From Tubulanus polymorphus (Eukaryota; Animalia; Nemertea): a DNA stretch of 64,000 nt. The notes under the pieces are model-generated. The model did no database searches and was not told the DNA's origin. It was given only the letters and a program-made list of their open reading frames with translations. The stretch lies in contig NC_134033.1 of assembly GCF_964204645.1 (NCBI RefSeq), positions 6,658,231 through 6,722,230 of the forward strand, read 5' to 3'. The position numbers were made by a program, and so were the translations under genes. Below are positions 1 through 12,130 of this stretch, in pieces (positions within the stretch are counted from its first letter, which is position 1; every line of letters starts with the position of its first letter).

Positions 1-1666
1 CTGCAAACAATCATCATAAGGGGAAGTGGAACGACTTACTTCTGGATCCACATAGACTGGTATCAACTTTAACCCGGGGGCTAACTCAATTTCGTTTCGT
101 TTTCGCTTTCAAGTTAACCACTGGGTTGGAGATAATACCAGGCTAACAAACCAGGCTCTGCAAAATATTCATAAGTCACGGAAATCTGACAATTGGGAAA
201 ACGATATGTCCAACATTTTTCTTAAATCATAAACCGTGAGTGAGAAAAATATATAATCGGAAATTGACAAGCGGAACATCAGAGAGAAATATTTCCCTAA
301 CTAACTAAGGTCGGAATGGACGGTAAATTGGCGACCGAGAGAAAATGCCTTCAAGTTTAGCGCTCCGAGAAGCCTGAAATGTATTCCGAGCGTATTGTTA
401 TTATATACCTGACGGTTGTAGTGGTACATGATAGGCTACTGAGACTGCAGTCAGACCACCTTAAAAATGGTCAGTTTAATAGGAATCGGGGAAGTCTCGA
501 TACACGAGTCTATAATAGAGAAGAGAGCGATCAGACACAATCTGGATTCGACGAGTTGTCGCTCAACCAGGAATTCGATTGAACCCAATTCTGATCTATT
601 TTGGCACCCTTGTGATATGTCCCCTGCAAACCCACCCGCTGGGCTCTTTTGTTTGTCTTTATTTTGTCTTTAACCCGAATAAGACTAACTAGAATTCCAT
701 GGGAATTGTTCTTGTGGCCAACGCCACAGTTATGTGGGAAGGGCAAACAACGAAAGTTGAACGAAATGTGTCCCTCCGGCTACTTAAATTCGTAGATCCT
801 AGTTTGGTGATTATATTGGGCCCGTGTTGTCTTGGTCTCCAAGCAAAACATCTAAACATACAAATGTGTGTAGTATGGTGTTTTTTATAATTTGTACTTT
901 TCTAAACGTTTTTTTTTTCTAGACGTGGAATTCCATAGAATAATGTAACAAATTTTTGATCGTTATTCCTTACTGTATGAAACATTGACCTTAACGTAAG
1001 TGTATTTCTTTGTTAGGGTTGGAAGAGACTATTGGATGAATTTACTACCTACGACGGGGAGAGCTGAAACATTCCGAAAAAAAGAAGATTTTGGAGTTGA
1101 TGAGCATTAACCGTTCCTCAGGGGCAGTAACATATAGCCTATCGTGATTTTTAGAAACTATCTGCACTATGACTACCAATGGACTTATGATAAAAACGCG
1201 CGGTTCATCTGCAAGTGGTGTCTCCATGTAGCGTCCACGCTTGAATCCATGGCATAACCACGCGTGGTAATATCTATGGTGGCGTCAACGTTTGGCATCT
1301 ACGTGGCATCGAAATGCTGGGTCCACACGTGGCATCAGATTGCGGCGTCTCGCGTGGTGACAGCACATGGCGTAGTGTCTACTTGCGGCGTCGCGTCAGT
1401 GCTGATACGCTACACAAATATATTTGTTTAGTGATAAACTGTTAAACTAGAAGATTTTTTTAAACACTGAGCCACGTTTCGTTTGGTAATATACATTTAT
1501 GATTGTAAAATTACGGAGACCGCAAGATATAATTAACAATTCAGAGAATAAAATAAAAACGTACACGCCACAAATATTATAAGACTTATTGCGGCGTCGC
1601 TTATAAGCCGGCTTCAGTCGTTGTCATCTGAAACCTTTGACAGGTTAAGAAATATGATTTTTTTTT

Positions 1667-1988
1667 AAACGGCCGTTAAGGCTTCATGTTTCGTCTGCAA
1701 TTCACTGCAAATAGTTACGCAACTATGCACATTTCAGTGTTTTTGGCAGCTGTACACTCAATCGGCACCGTTCGTGACTAGCTTCACTGCGGAATTATCA
1801 TTAATTAACATCGCCATATCACATCATCAACTTATATTGTGCCTTAAAACCCTAATAGCCGAAATAATTGAAATGCACACACGATTTCTATCTTTGAAAA
1901 TTGAGAGAGTGGCCATGTTTGTGTTCTGCTGCTTTGCGTAAATCCCGCGCGGTGGCACAACCGCGCGGAGTGGGGCCGATACGTCCAG
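1667..1988 (+). mobile_element. Non-autonomous Helitron-like repeat, 3' part (copy A of 3)
   Basis: About 320 bp (aaacggccgttaagg...ggggccgatacgtccag) recurs at 2630-2950 and 14466-14779. It ends in a GC-rich hairpin ccgcgcggt-ggcaca-accgcgcgg about 20 nt before a CTAG-like end (ccag/cgag). Confidence 0.5.
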
Positions 1989-2014
1989 GGAGAAACACAC
2001 TAGCTAAAAGGATG

Positions 2015-2950
2015 GTTATATTTAAGCTGTGGGTAGTTGAGTGTTGAAGTGGGTAGTGTGTGATCTGTGTGCATTTGTGGCCAGCACACAGCTCACAACG
2101 ATCTTAGTTAGTGAAGTAATTTACGTACAATGTGAAATACGTGGAAAAATATCAATATTTCAAAATCTTTCTTATGTTCAAAGATCCATCGTAACCACGG
2201 GTCCCCCGGTATGCTGATAAACACGTTGCAATTGTTTATCGGCATGCTGATAAACACGTTGCAATTGTTTATCGGCACTTATAGCGGATAAGTTATGAAT
2301 ATGTACAAAAAATATGTATGATATTTGGCATTTATTGCCAGTTTCAATGCTGCGCCATTCTCGCGAGATTTTCAACAACACGGGTGGTAAATGAAGACTT
2401 GAATTGAACTACTACCTACCACCCCTCATTATTGTTCAAAAACCAAACGTTCCGCACTGAAGACTTGAATTGAATGACTCCGACTACCTACCACCCCTCA
2501 TGATAGTTCCTAAACCAAACGTTCCGCACTGACTACAAATTACTCATATAATTTTAGAAATATCCATAATTCTAACTTGAGTTGTATATTACTATTATAT
2601 TTCAATTGTTACCGCTAGAATGTTTTTGCAAACGGCCATTAAGGCTTCATGTTTCGTCTGTACTTTACTGCAAATTATTACGTAACAACGCGAATTCATA
2701 TGTTTTTGACCGCCGTACACTCAATCGGGACAGCTCGTGACTGGCTTCACTGCGGCATTATCATTTATTAACATAGCCATATCATATCATCTAGTAATGT
2801 TGTGCCTTGAAACCCTAACAGCTGAAATAATTGAAATGCATGTACAATTTCTAACATTGAAAATACAAAAGGTGGCCATGTTTGTTTCTGTTGCTTCGCG
2901 GAAATCCCGCGCGGTGGCGCATCCGCGTGGAGTGGGGCCAATACGTCGAG
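2015..2950 (+). mobile_element. Helitron-like repeat copy B (longer), with internal tandem duplications
   Basis: Colinear with 14140-14779 (gctgtgggta...cagcacacag; cgagattttcaacaacacgg; ctacctaccacccctca; 3' hairpin). Contains a 33-bp hairpin unit duplicated at 2210-2277 and a ~70-bp duplication at 2391-2532. Confidence 0.55.
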
Positions 2951-3094
2951 TAAACTGACCGGACTTGGACTTTGGTCATTCACAATATACGGTATCGCGA
3001 TTATTTGGAGTCGGCCTATCTATAATGCGACGGCGGGCACAGTAAAGATATATATTTCTGCCACTAAACTGCAAAGGCACTGGACGAACGCAAA

Positions 3095-3250
3095 ATGGCT
3101 GCAGACGACGTGAAAAAGAAAACCATTCTAGATATTCTGGCTGAACGAACAGTTGTCGGCGATGGGAGTTACGTAATGACGTTGGAAAAAGGTGGTTACG
3201 TCACTGCTGGATTTTGACACCTGAACTCGTGCTCGAAGAGCCAGATGCAG
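3095..3250 (+). pseudogene. BHMT: Betaine-homocysteine S-methyltransferase (BHMT)-like first coding exon with a 1-nt deletion
   Basis: Reads MAADDVKKKTILDILAERTVVGDGSYVMTLEKGGYVTAGF and, after restoring one G at ~3216, WTPELVLEEPDA. This matches the BHMT N-terminus ([41 protein letters not shown]). It ends in a phase-1 donor CAG|GTAAAT. No further exon was recognised. Confidence 0.8.
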
Positions 3251-3804
3251 GTAAATCTCGGCGCATAATAGAGTTGGTACTAGTTGTGGTTGTCGGTACA
3301 TCTAAGTATGAAAAGCCCGGATGAGGTTTCCCTCGAAAATCATGTCCTGCAACGGTAAATGGTCAATCCAACAATCATGTACCTCATTGCGCATGCTCGG
3401 ACTAAAAAACAAAATTGCGGATCTTTCAACCCTAGGGAACTAGGGTTCCGTGTCGAAAGGGTGAGAGAATAAGGTCCAAGTAGGGTCTGGAGAGGTTTAG
3501 GGATTAGGTTGTGCAATAAAATAAGGTAAGTTTGGGTTAGGCTATATAAGAAGTGAAAAAGTTGTGGGCGGCGCGGTGTCGCCGCTGTGGCTCAGTGAGT
3601 AGTAGATCGCTACCGCTAGCACACCTGTAATTTTCGCGAATACTTACTCAGAATATTCTCACTACGCGGCGCTGCGTCACAGGACTGTGTGTGTTACCTG
3701 CTGGGTGCGGGATGGAGGGCTGTGTGCCCTGCCACGGAGTCCGCTGGTGTGAGAAAAGAATGGAAGAATTGTTACATTTTAGATTAATTAAAGATTAAAT
3801 AAAG

Positions 3805-6800
3805 AATATAGCTGCAAAGCAGCGATAACGGGTTTTCTGCACAGTCTTAAAATCCTGTTCAATGGTCAACACAGTTTTATAAAAGGAAGGTCGATAAACA
3901 GTCAATTATACCTACTTAAAACCACGGACGACTGGACCAGATGGTCTTATTTGACTCTGGAAAATCGACTGTTAGGCCTTAATTAGTGTCTTTGGGTTTC
4001 GACACAAAGCATTTGATAAGGTACACCATCAGCCATTAATAAACAAGCTATTGGAAAACAGTATCAGGGTCGCTCAAATGGCTCAGCAATCCGAACGGAA
4101 ACAGGTGGCTGAAATCAACGGAACGCCTCATCTTGGAATAAGTCTGTCTAACTAAGGGAGTCACGCAAGGTAGTATCCTAAGTCCTTTTCTCTTCACTGT
4201 CGTTATTAATGATATACACAGTAATCCAAATGTACTAGACCGAGTAAATTTCCAAAACGATCTAAACAAGCCGTGTGTTCCGTACATGGTCAGAAACATG
4301 GAAGATACAAAGAAACCCAGGTTCAGATGATACCCTTGTGTTCGAGTGAGAAGATCATTTTGTTGGAATGAAGATTACTCATTATAACAAAAGACCATTT
4401 AGTTTCATCAGAATTTTGTTGTTTGGAACTAAAACGCTTTGATCGAACAATATTATACTTGTTCGAACAACAAACGAAATGTTCTGATCAGAAAATTTCG
4501 TTCCAATGAAAACGATTCTGTTCGATCGAATGCTTTTCTTTGTGCCGGCAAAAAAAATTTGTTGAGCGAAAACGATTTAATTCGAATGGATGTTTGAATG
4601 AAAAAAAAAACGATTCTAGTCGATCGAACAATTAGTTTGATCGATTAAACCTTTCGTTTAAAAAGAAATTTATGCGGACGAAAACAACTTTTCTCGACGA
4701 AATTTTCAATAAAAATCTTCATTTTTGCCAATAAAATATCGTCGATAATTGTGATTGATCATTGGAAGTCAGAACCAGTTAATAACTAATACATGCCTTC
4801 TAATTGATAAGATTCCTCCTTTACAGGGAACTTGGCTTTAACCTTGCAGAGGATACTAACCTCTATAGACCTATGTATATGTGTAGGCCTAACATCCGGA
4901 CGGATAGGTCTTAGGCCTATTGAATTTCAACCCTCCTAAACATCGTATTCCTACACCTTATTTAACGGGGATAGGTCTCTGGGATATTCAATTCGTAAAA
5001 TCGGTTTCATTTTCGGATTATGAAGAAAGAAATCTTTTGTACATCGCAGGAATGTTGCTGGTTTTTTTTGCAAATTTTGTTTTGGAGTTTAATCCATGAT
5101 TCCGTTAATTACCACAACAATTACATGTGTTTGTTTGAGACAGTAAAGCTCAGTACCGGAAGACCTAAAGGTCACGTAAAACTCAGTAAACATTTCAAGC
5201 GACCCGAGGAACGATCTCCTACCCCCCGCGGCGAACACTTATTCCGAATATAAGCGTGAGTCCGCTTACGGATGAGAGTGTGTCATATACCTGTATTCAG
5301 TAAATATCTTGTGGATTTGGTAAAGATCGGTATGTAAATTAACTAAAACACAACTTTTCGCTCTCGTTGGCCCTACACTGATGTAACTATACTGGTGTCA
5401 TTGTAACATGGATAACATGGATAAGATTGGGTCAGGACTAGCCTAAAATCTAATTCAGTATATTCACTTTTCGCTGGATATTATTAAAACAACGCAGTAT
5501 GCCTAGTGGTAGGGGCACGCGTATTTTTTTGTCCGATCGCGGCGAATTTATAAATCGCCCGCAAAATTCGTTCGTGTGGCCACTCACGGCGACGACGATT
5601 TCATCGCTACGTGTGCTGTACATTTTGCTGTACGTAGGTTTGGTATACCGTCTCCAATCTCGACGGATGAGTGTACGGTACAGCTGAACGCATTATACCA
5701 ATGGGAATAGGGCCTATTGATTGGGCTCATTATTTCCTGCTTTGAAATATTGAAATAAGCCAATGTTCATTCAAATATCCAGCATTGGAGAAAGTTTGAA
5801 TACTGTATACATGTAAGGTTTTCATGTTCTATGAATATTTTGCAGTTCATGGGTATATGCTGATGTCAAACATATGAAGATAAATGGTCAAGGGCAGTAA
5901 GTCAACACCAACTCTCTTCGACCGATGTTGCATCATACCATATACGGTCTGATTCTTTCAACTGAGGCAAAGCGATTAACACGATCGACATAACACTGGA
6001 ATAGTTTGCAGTGACTAACAGTTTATTTACTAGTGGAATAGGTTTGATATTTACGCACGTGTTGCAAGGTTAAAATCAGTATAGAATTAGTAATCCATAA
6101 AAGCCAAAATCATCATCGGCCCGATACCCAGACCAAAGCAATTCATAATCGATCGATTGAATCTACAATTATATTTATTTATTCAAATATTTCAATAAAA
6201 AGATTAATTCCTTGAAATCTATTTTAGATCCTAATACGTTCTTATATCAGTAAATGTATTCACAACACCTATTGACTCAGCAGATTCTTAAGATGAGTTT
6301 CTTAATAGAACGGATCCATTTTTAAGCGTGGTGATACAAAATAAATGCTTGGTCTAATCAATTCATATTTATTTATTTTACGTCCACATAAGTTCGGTTT
6401 CAAAGCTGAAACATATTGGACGTTTTACACAGTGGTTGTATATTAGGTTCGAATATGCCAATACATTATATTTCATGTATCGGCATTTAAATTTCCAATA
6501 ATTCCTATCAACCTGAATGGCATGGTGCGGATTTGCAGAAAACCCGTTATCGCTGGTTTGCAGCTATATATGTTAAAATTACTGTTTGAAGACCGCGACT
6601 GAATGTGAAGGCTTGCGGCAATAAATTTGTTTATTTACTCTTGAATTGATAATCGAAGTGAGAACCAGCCTGCGGATGATTTCGGGATGACGACTCTAAA
6701 AAACATGTCACCTCATTGAATGGGGCTCAATGTTCGATGTTCACCGCCCGACAGTGCTTTTGTAACGTTGATTCATCAAAATAGATCGAAGGGAGCTAAA

Positions 6801-6985
6801 TTAAATAAAACGGATTGTATCGGAAACCGCGCTTAGGTAAGAAAGCCTTTGCAGTTTTGGCGTCAATTGTCAAATAATAATAATAAACACGCGATATCAA
6901 TAGGGTTTTCTGTGATGTAACAGAAAACCCTAAAGAAACACGCGAATCTCAATAGGGTTTTCTGCGAAGTAACAGAAAACCCTAA
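3805..6985 (-). mobile_element. Helentron/HINE-like non-autonomous element, family 2 (reverse orientation, doubled head)
   Basis: Reverse complement of the family-2 tail (cagaaaacccgttatcgctgctttgcagctatatt) at 3805-3840 and two hairpin heads (agggttttctg...cagaaaaccct) at 6900-6985. The interior is homologous to 38000-41690 and 41690-44332. A + oriented insert with the same tail occupies ~5340-6570. Confidence 0.7.
3995..4270 (+). pseudogene. Decayed non-LTR reverse transcriptase fragment carried inside HINE family 2
   Basis: Motifs KAFDKVHHQPLINKL and GVTQGSILSPFLFTVVINDI. The - strand copies at ~41345-41635 (VDFDKAFDK...LTSGVTQGSILSRLLFIVLTNDI) and ~44055-44275 show the same motifs. Confidence 0.75.
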
Positions 6986-9187
6986 TTAATTATGAATAAC
7001 TGAATTTTAAGACGGAGAAAACTCGAGAGGTCAGGGTTGTCAGTTCTCCATATTCTAAGTGTATTTCGGTACGTTGGTCCAACTATTGTGAGATTTATCG
7101 GCCAGGGAGTTCGTCTATTATTTCGGTTTTCCGATCTGTTTCGGTGATTTTATTTAGCGAATTTTCGTTTCCGTGGAGAGTTCAGTCGCGCTCAATGCTT
7201 GATTCAATTTGCTCCGTTCGTGCGGGAGGCGTAACAAATACCTTATATTTTGCAGTTTTACGTGACCCTTTTGAATACTCAGATCTTACCGTTTTCATTG
7301 TTCTTGTTTATGGCTGGCCAGCTTCGTGTTGCGTTTGCCCTTGTATTCTACGGATTTTACTTGTTGGTCAATGTCTCTTACCGTTTTCCGAGGTGTAAAT
7401 AAAATTGCAAAGGATTTGGGCGTCTGAAACCTGTTGATTGTTTACGCTGGTAATGAAGTTAGATCGTCGATCAGTTTCAATTTGTTGTTTTATTGCGTCC
7501 TGTTTTCAATTCTCTAGCCGCGGGCCTCTAAGTGTCCGTTGCTACGGCTTCGGTCATGTTGGCTGTTGGTTTAGTATACTCCTTTAAGTTGCCTTTGGGA
7601 TTCGGTACGATCTGTTTTGTGTGGGTGTAGATTCTATTTTCGACGTGTGTGGTTACCGTTGGGTAACTATTGAGGGGTTGCTTTTCCTTATGTCTCTGGT
7701 CATGTTACCGCGGTTGATGATGCTTACAAACCATTGTACGTGTATATAGTCTATCTTTGAGGGAATATTGCGATTAGGCAATATTGCTTCTTTGCGCTTG
7801 CTGTTTTGATCTAATGTTTAACTCCCCTTTATGGTTTGGGTTTGGGTTTTGGAATGTTAGTTTTGGGGTTTTATGGATTGTCTTTTCGGAGTGTTTGGTG
7901 CGTCGCTTGGGCAGTATCGGTTTTCCCCATATTCTATATTTCTGTACTTTGTCCGCACAACGGGGAGTGAGATTATCATACTTTTATAAGTCCGCGTATT
8001 GGCGAATGCGCAGCGAGCTACATGGTTGTTATGGATTGAAAAGACTACATACAACCAGTCTTAACCCTTTTGGTTCTCGGTCATGCCTGACGTCGTTTTG
8101 TTTGGCCATCAGGATTTTACCGCAGGATTTTTTTTTGTTTAGAAACAATGATCGATCAAAGGTCGTATATGTGTGTTTACGGCCGAATGCCGAATACCGT
8201 GTTGTCCAATTTCAATTTATTCCGTTCGTATGTATGATTGCCGAGTTTGGCTTCAATTAGGGCATTGTGCTTAAAACAGATCAAACCTTATTCATAAAAT
8301 ACTACATTGTATTCCACGCCACCGGTTCGACTATACGCAGCAGTTAACTCTAAACTTTTCTATAAAAAATGTACCAGTTGATATTATGTTATAAATGTCT
8401 CACACTTGGGAATCAATTTTCTTCTGCATTTCGATGTAAACGAAATGTTATCTCGGGACACAAATTGTTAAATTGGCTTTCAGAGGATGTTGATGTTGTT
8501 CCATCTATTACGCTCTGTTACGCTACGGTGCAATGGATTTCAGTGTCGCGTCACAAATGTCGCTGTCGTGACCCAGGTCTCTAAATTCCTGAAAATGAAT
8601 GCTGAGTAACTATAGACAATAAACTGGGATCCACAACATCAGCTATTCCAGCAGATGACGTGACGAACACTCAGTGGTACCATGGGAATGTAGGAGTGTA
8701 GATAGATATTTCGTTATGTTGTCAAAATTATCTTCTTAAATTTTTAGGAATCCAAATCCATCCATTTCTTTACCAGTACCAAAAATATATAAATTAAATC
8801 CATTTTTCTACTCAGTGATTAGTATGCACGAGCTATCAGTTAAGCAAACAGAGAAATTCATTTGCTTTTCTGAGTGTAGTTGATGCGATTGAACGCGGAA
8901 GACCGAGCAAACCTGGTGGATTGTCACAAGTGGAACCCTCGTTTACTACAGCAGCGATGGAGTAGCGTAGATTGACAGTTTTGTAGGACGCTCTGAGCCA
9001 TAACTGTAATATAAAAGCTATTATCATTAGGCTTATATCTCAATCTCAATTCTCTCTGTAGTAAGAAATTTACACAAGGATATTGTCCAGGCATTTTCAT
9101 TTTTCGGCTGTGATAGTACATTAAAATTTGATGTAAGTACCGAATGTTGTATGCCCGGTGAAAGTTGGAAAACGTCAGTTGATTTTT

Positions 9188-10790
9188 TTAGGGTTTTCTG
9201 ACTTTTGTCGAAAACCCTCTTGTAATTAGGGTTTCTGCTGCTTCGGCAGAAACCCTATTGGATTCCTGCTGATTATTATTTTAACATATTTTCCACTGAG
9301 TTTCGTCACATAAAAATCATCTTCTATTAGATTTGACTACTAACAACTTTGAAACGAAATGTTAAACTCTGAAAATAATATAACAGTCTCTTTCAGCGCG
9401 TAGTTTCTATGGATGTACTGTGCTTCCTATTTTAAACTTGAAGTTACTAAAAGATAACACCGGTGGAAATAGCAATCATCAATCACGGCGCGCATACTGG
9501 CGCGAATCTGAAAATTTGTGACGTCATTTCATAAACAAATAAATAAGGAAGGCTCCGAGAATATCCAAATCACAGTTTACTGTGAATAACTGGGGTTCGA
9601 CCATTCACAAGTTAAAAATGTACTTCTTGTTTGTGAAGTAAGTTTATTAAAAGCAGTTCCTTTTAAACAACCTATAATAGTATAATTTTGTTCGTGGATA
9701 TCAATACTTCGAAAAATCAACAGCGGTTTATTTAATTACTGTACCGGTACGCGTTTTCTTAATTGAATTGAATTGGGCCGGTCCAAAAGGCGGGTCATAC
9801 TAGTTAGCGTCAGAAAATGTGAGCGTCGGTGATACCTTGTTATCGTCGATATAAAACGGTCTAAAGTCAGTTTATACATCACATACATTACAAATTGGAG
9901 GTCCCTTGTACATGTACATCACATCGTGACGCAGCGGCGATGGTAATGTCATAGAAGAATAAAGTCAGTTGAAAATCCACTGCACCGATAAAGAATGATT
10001 GCTAGCCAGCAGAGACCAGTGACAGTTAGTTATGGGGAGTGATGGTACCGTTCGTGATTATGTTTTAATAATGGTTATTGGACGTCAATTTCATATGTGA
10101 ATTGTAGTCCCCATCTGATCGCTTGACTTGTCAGACTGACTTGTCACTCCACTACTAATAGTAACACTACGAGGCCCTCCCTCCTGCATAGTTTACCCTA
10201 TAGGCCAAATTTTTGCTTTGTGCCAAATTCGGTTTTCTTATCTAGTCGATTTCTTTTCGGAACTAATAATAACCGAATATGCGCTTAAACTGTCACTAGG
10301 GAATGGTAAAACACCGTAGCTTCGTTCTTCTCGATGTTATTTCCCCCAAAACCTGGCTTATTAGTACTTTGCGTGTAGTAGCACATGCGCATAGTAGCAC
10401 ATGTGGGTCAACGTATCCATGTTGTGAGTTGACCCCTAGTTGACACTCTTTCAAAAAAACGGAATGTAACGAACTGATTTCGGGTGAAATCTTTGCTCGC
10501 ATCCCTGAACGACATTCTATCCAGAAAGGCAGAAACCCGTTATCGCTGCTTGCAGCTATATTTCTGTTGATTATTATTATTATTAACAACATATTTTCCA
10601 CTTTTTTCATCACACAAAAATTAATCTTCTCTCGGATTCGACAACTAACAGCTACTAAGAGGAATGTTGAATTCTGATAGAAATATAACAGACTTTCTCT
10701 CCGCGTAGATTCTATCAATGCACTCGACATCCTATTTTAAACTTAAAATTACTTCCAGACAGCTAACACCGACGGAAATATACTACGCCG
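9188..10790 (+). mobile_element. Two nested HINE family-2-like elements (inner copy ~9225-10562)
   Basis: The outer head (agggttttctgacttttgtcgaaaaccctcttgtaatt) is interrupted by a second head and resumes (ctgttgattattatt) right after the tail cagaaacccgttatcgctgcttgcagctatatt. The uninterrupted head is seen at 37505-37560. Confidence 0.65.
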
Positions 10791-11475
10791 TTGATCGGCT
10801 ATCGGTATGTCCTTTCAGGTGTTCCGTACTCCTGCATACGGTATACCTGAATGCGCCGATGAAACGAAAATACGTCCAAGGAATGATCCGATATCGGGTC
10901 CAAGTCCAAGAGTTTACGAGGCCGGCGTTCGCGGTCCGACAGGTTTACGGGCATTTGTTTGTTGTTACCTCTCTTTTATAGTTTTGATTTCCGTTATTCC
11001 GGTTAGTTCATTTAAGTATATTGCTGATCTGTTCATGTAAACAAAAGCGCCAATAAATACATCCTGAATTGATCAAGTTTAAATCAAGGTCGTTAAGTCG
11101 CGGGTGGCTACTAGAATTACGTTCGACTACATTCAGAGAGAAAAGAAACAACAGAAAAGTATCAGGTGATTATCGATAGCCTACTACTACGGAACACACA
11201 GACAGTTGGCAAACAGTGTTAGGCCTGTGTCGGTTGGTGCGTACTGGGACTAAAATATACTGGTTGGTCAGAGTTGGTTCGGTTGTGAGAAGTGTGGAAA
11301 CTAACTACTAAGAAACCTACCGGTATTTATTTGTCTATAGGCCTAATATAGTAGCCAATACCATTTTAAGTGCGAAGATGTTACCCATACGTGATTGTAC
11401 GGTGATCTCCACAGGTTAGCTATACGTGAGTTCCCTCTGCGCATGCGTCAATAATCTACGTGTATGCGCATGCAT

Positions 11476-11716
11476 TGTAGTGAAATGAAATGAAATTTGG
11501 GCTTGATTGAATGCAAGCGCCATCTATCATTGTATCGGTGTCATAAAAAGTAAATTGTGTGAATTGTATTGATGAGAGAACTTCCGGGTACATGGCGTGC
11601 GCGGTCGACGCGGTTTATGATAATAAAGTTGGTACGATGTCTGGTCATCGTGTGTTGTAGTTATATGTCTGTCGCTGTCATCGGGGACATCGGTCACACT
11701 GCGACGGAGCCCTACA
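11476..11716 (+). repeat. 5' LTR
   Basis: TGTAG/CTACA inverted termini. The first ~125 bp match 15160-15266 apart from a (gaaat)n insert. Confidence 0.85.
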
Positions 11717-11720
11717 AAAT

Positions 11721-11735
11721 TGGCGCCCAACGTGG
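11721..11735 (+). promoter_or_regulatory. Primer-binding site complementary to the tRNA-Lys 3' end
   Basis: TGGCGCCCAACGTGG, 4 nt after the LTR end. This is the classic tRNA-Lys1,2 PBS prefix. Confidence 0.85.
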
Positions 11736-11825
11736 TTATTATCGAGGTAAACTGTATTATTTTCGCGTTTTCGGAACGACCCGCCCAGTCACACGTGAAC
11801 TGGCCACGCCTTCGTCTTATTGTTT

Positions 11826-12090
11826 TTTTCGCGGTTATACTCTTATAACCGGCGGTGCGTTTGAACGTTGTTTTCTCGCGGTTATACCCTTATAATCGGC
11901 GGTGCGTTTGAACGTTGTTTTTCGCGGTTATACCCTTTTAATCGGTAATGCGTTTGAACGTAGTTTTTTTCGCGGTTATACCCTTATAATCGGCAATGCG
12001 TTTGAACGTTGTTTTTTTTCGCGGTTTTACCCTTATAATCGGCAATGCGTTTGAACGTTGTTTTTTCGCGGTTATACTCCTTTAATCGTC
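11826..12090 (+). repeat. ~47-bp tandem repeat (about 5.5 units) in the retrotransposon leader
   Basis: Unit ttttcgcggttatacccttataatcggc(gg/aa)tgcgtttgaacgttg, head to tail with no unique spacers. Confidence 0.9.
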
Positions 12091-12130
12091 GGTTTCGCTT
12101 TGTTGAGCGGTGACGTCGGTTGCGTTAAAG

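Noticed and set aside
3215-3217. TGA at the conserved Trp of BHMT as Trp/Sec recoding
   Set aside because: Downstream homology (TPELVLEEPDA) is in another frame, so a 1-nt deletion explains it.
7060-8260. Strand-skewed T-rich block with a 158-aa ORF, possibly an old retroelement
   Set aside because: No recognisable protein motif in any frame I read.
8836-9010. Possible - strand exon LWLRASYK...STCDNPPG with LRR C-cap flavour
   Set aside because: Plausible splice sites, but no phase-compatible neighbouring exons or diagnostic motif were found.
11826-12090. CRISPR-like appearance of regularly spaced repeats
   Set aside because: The units are contiguous with no unique spacers, lie in an LTR element leader, and there are no cas genes.
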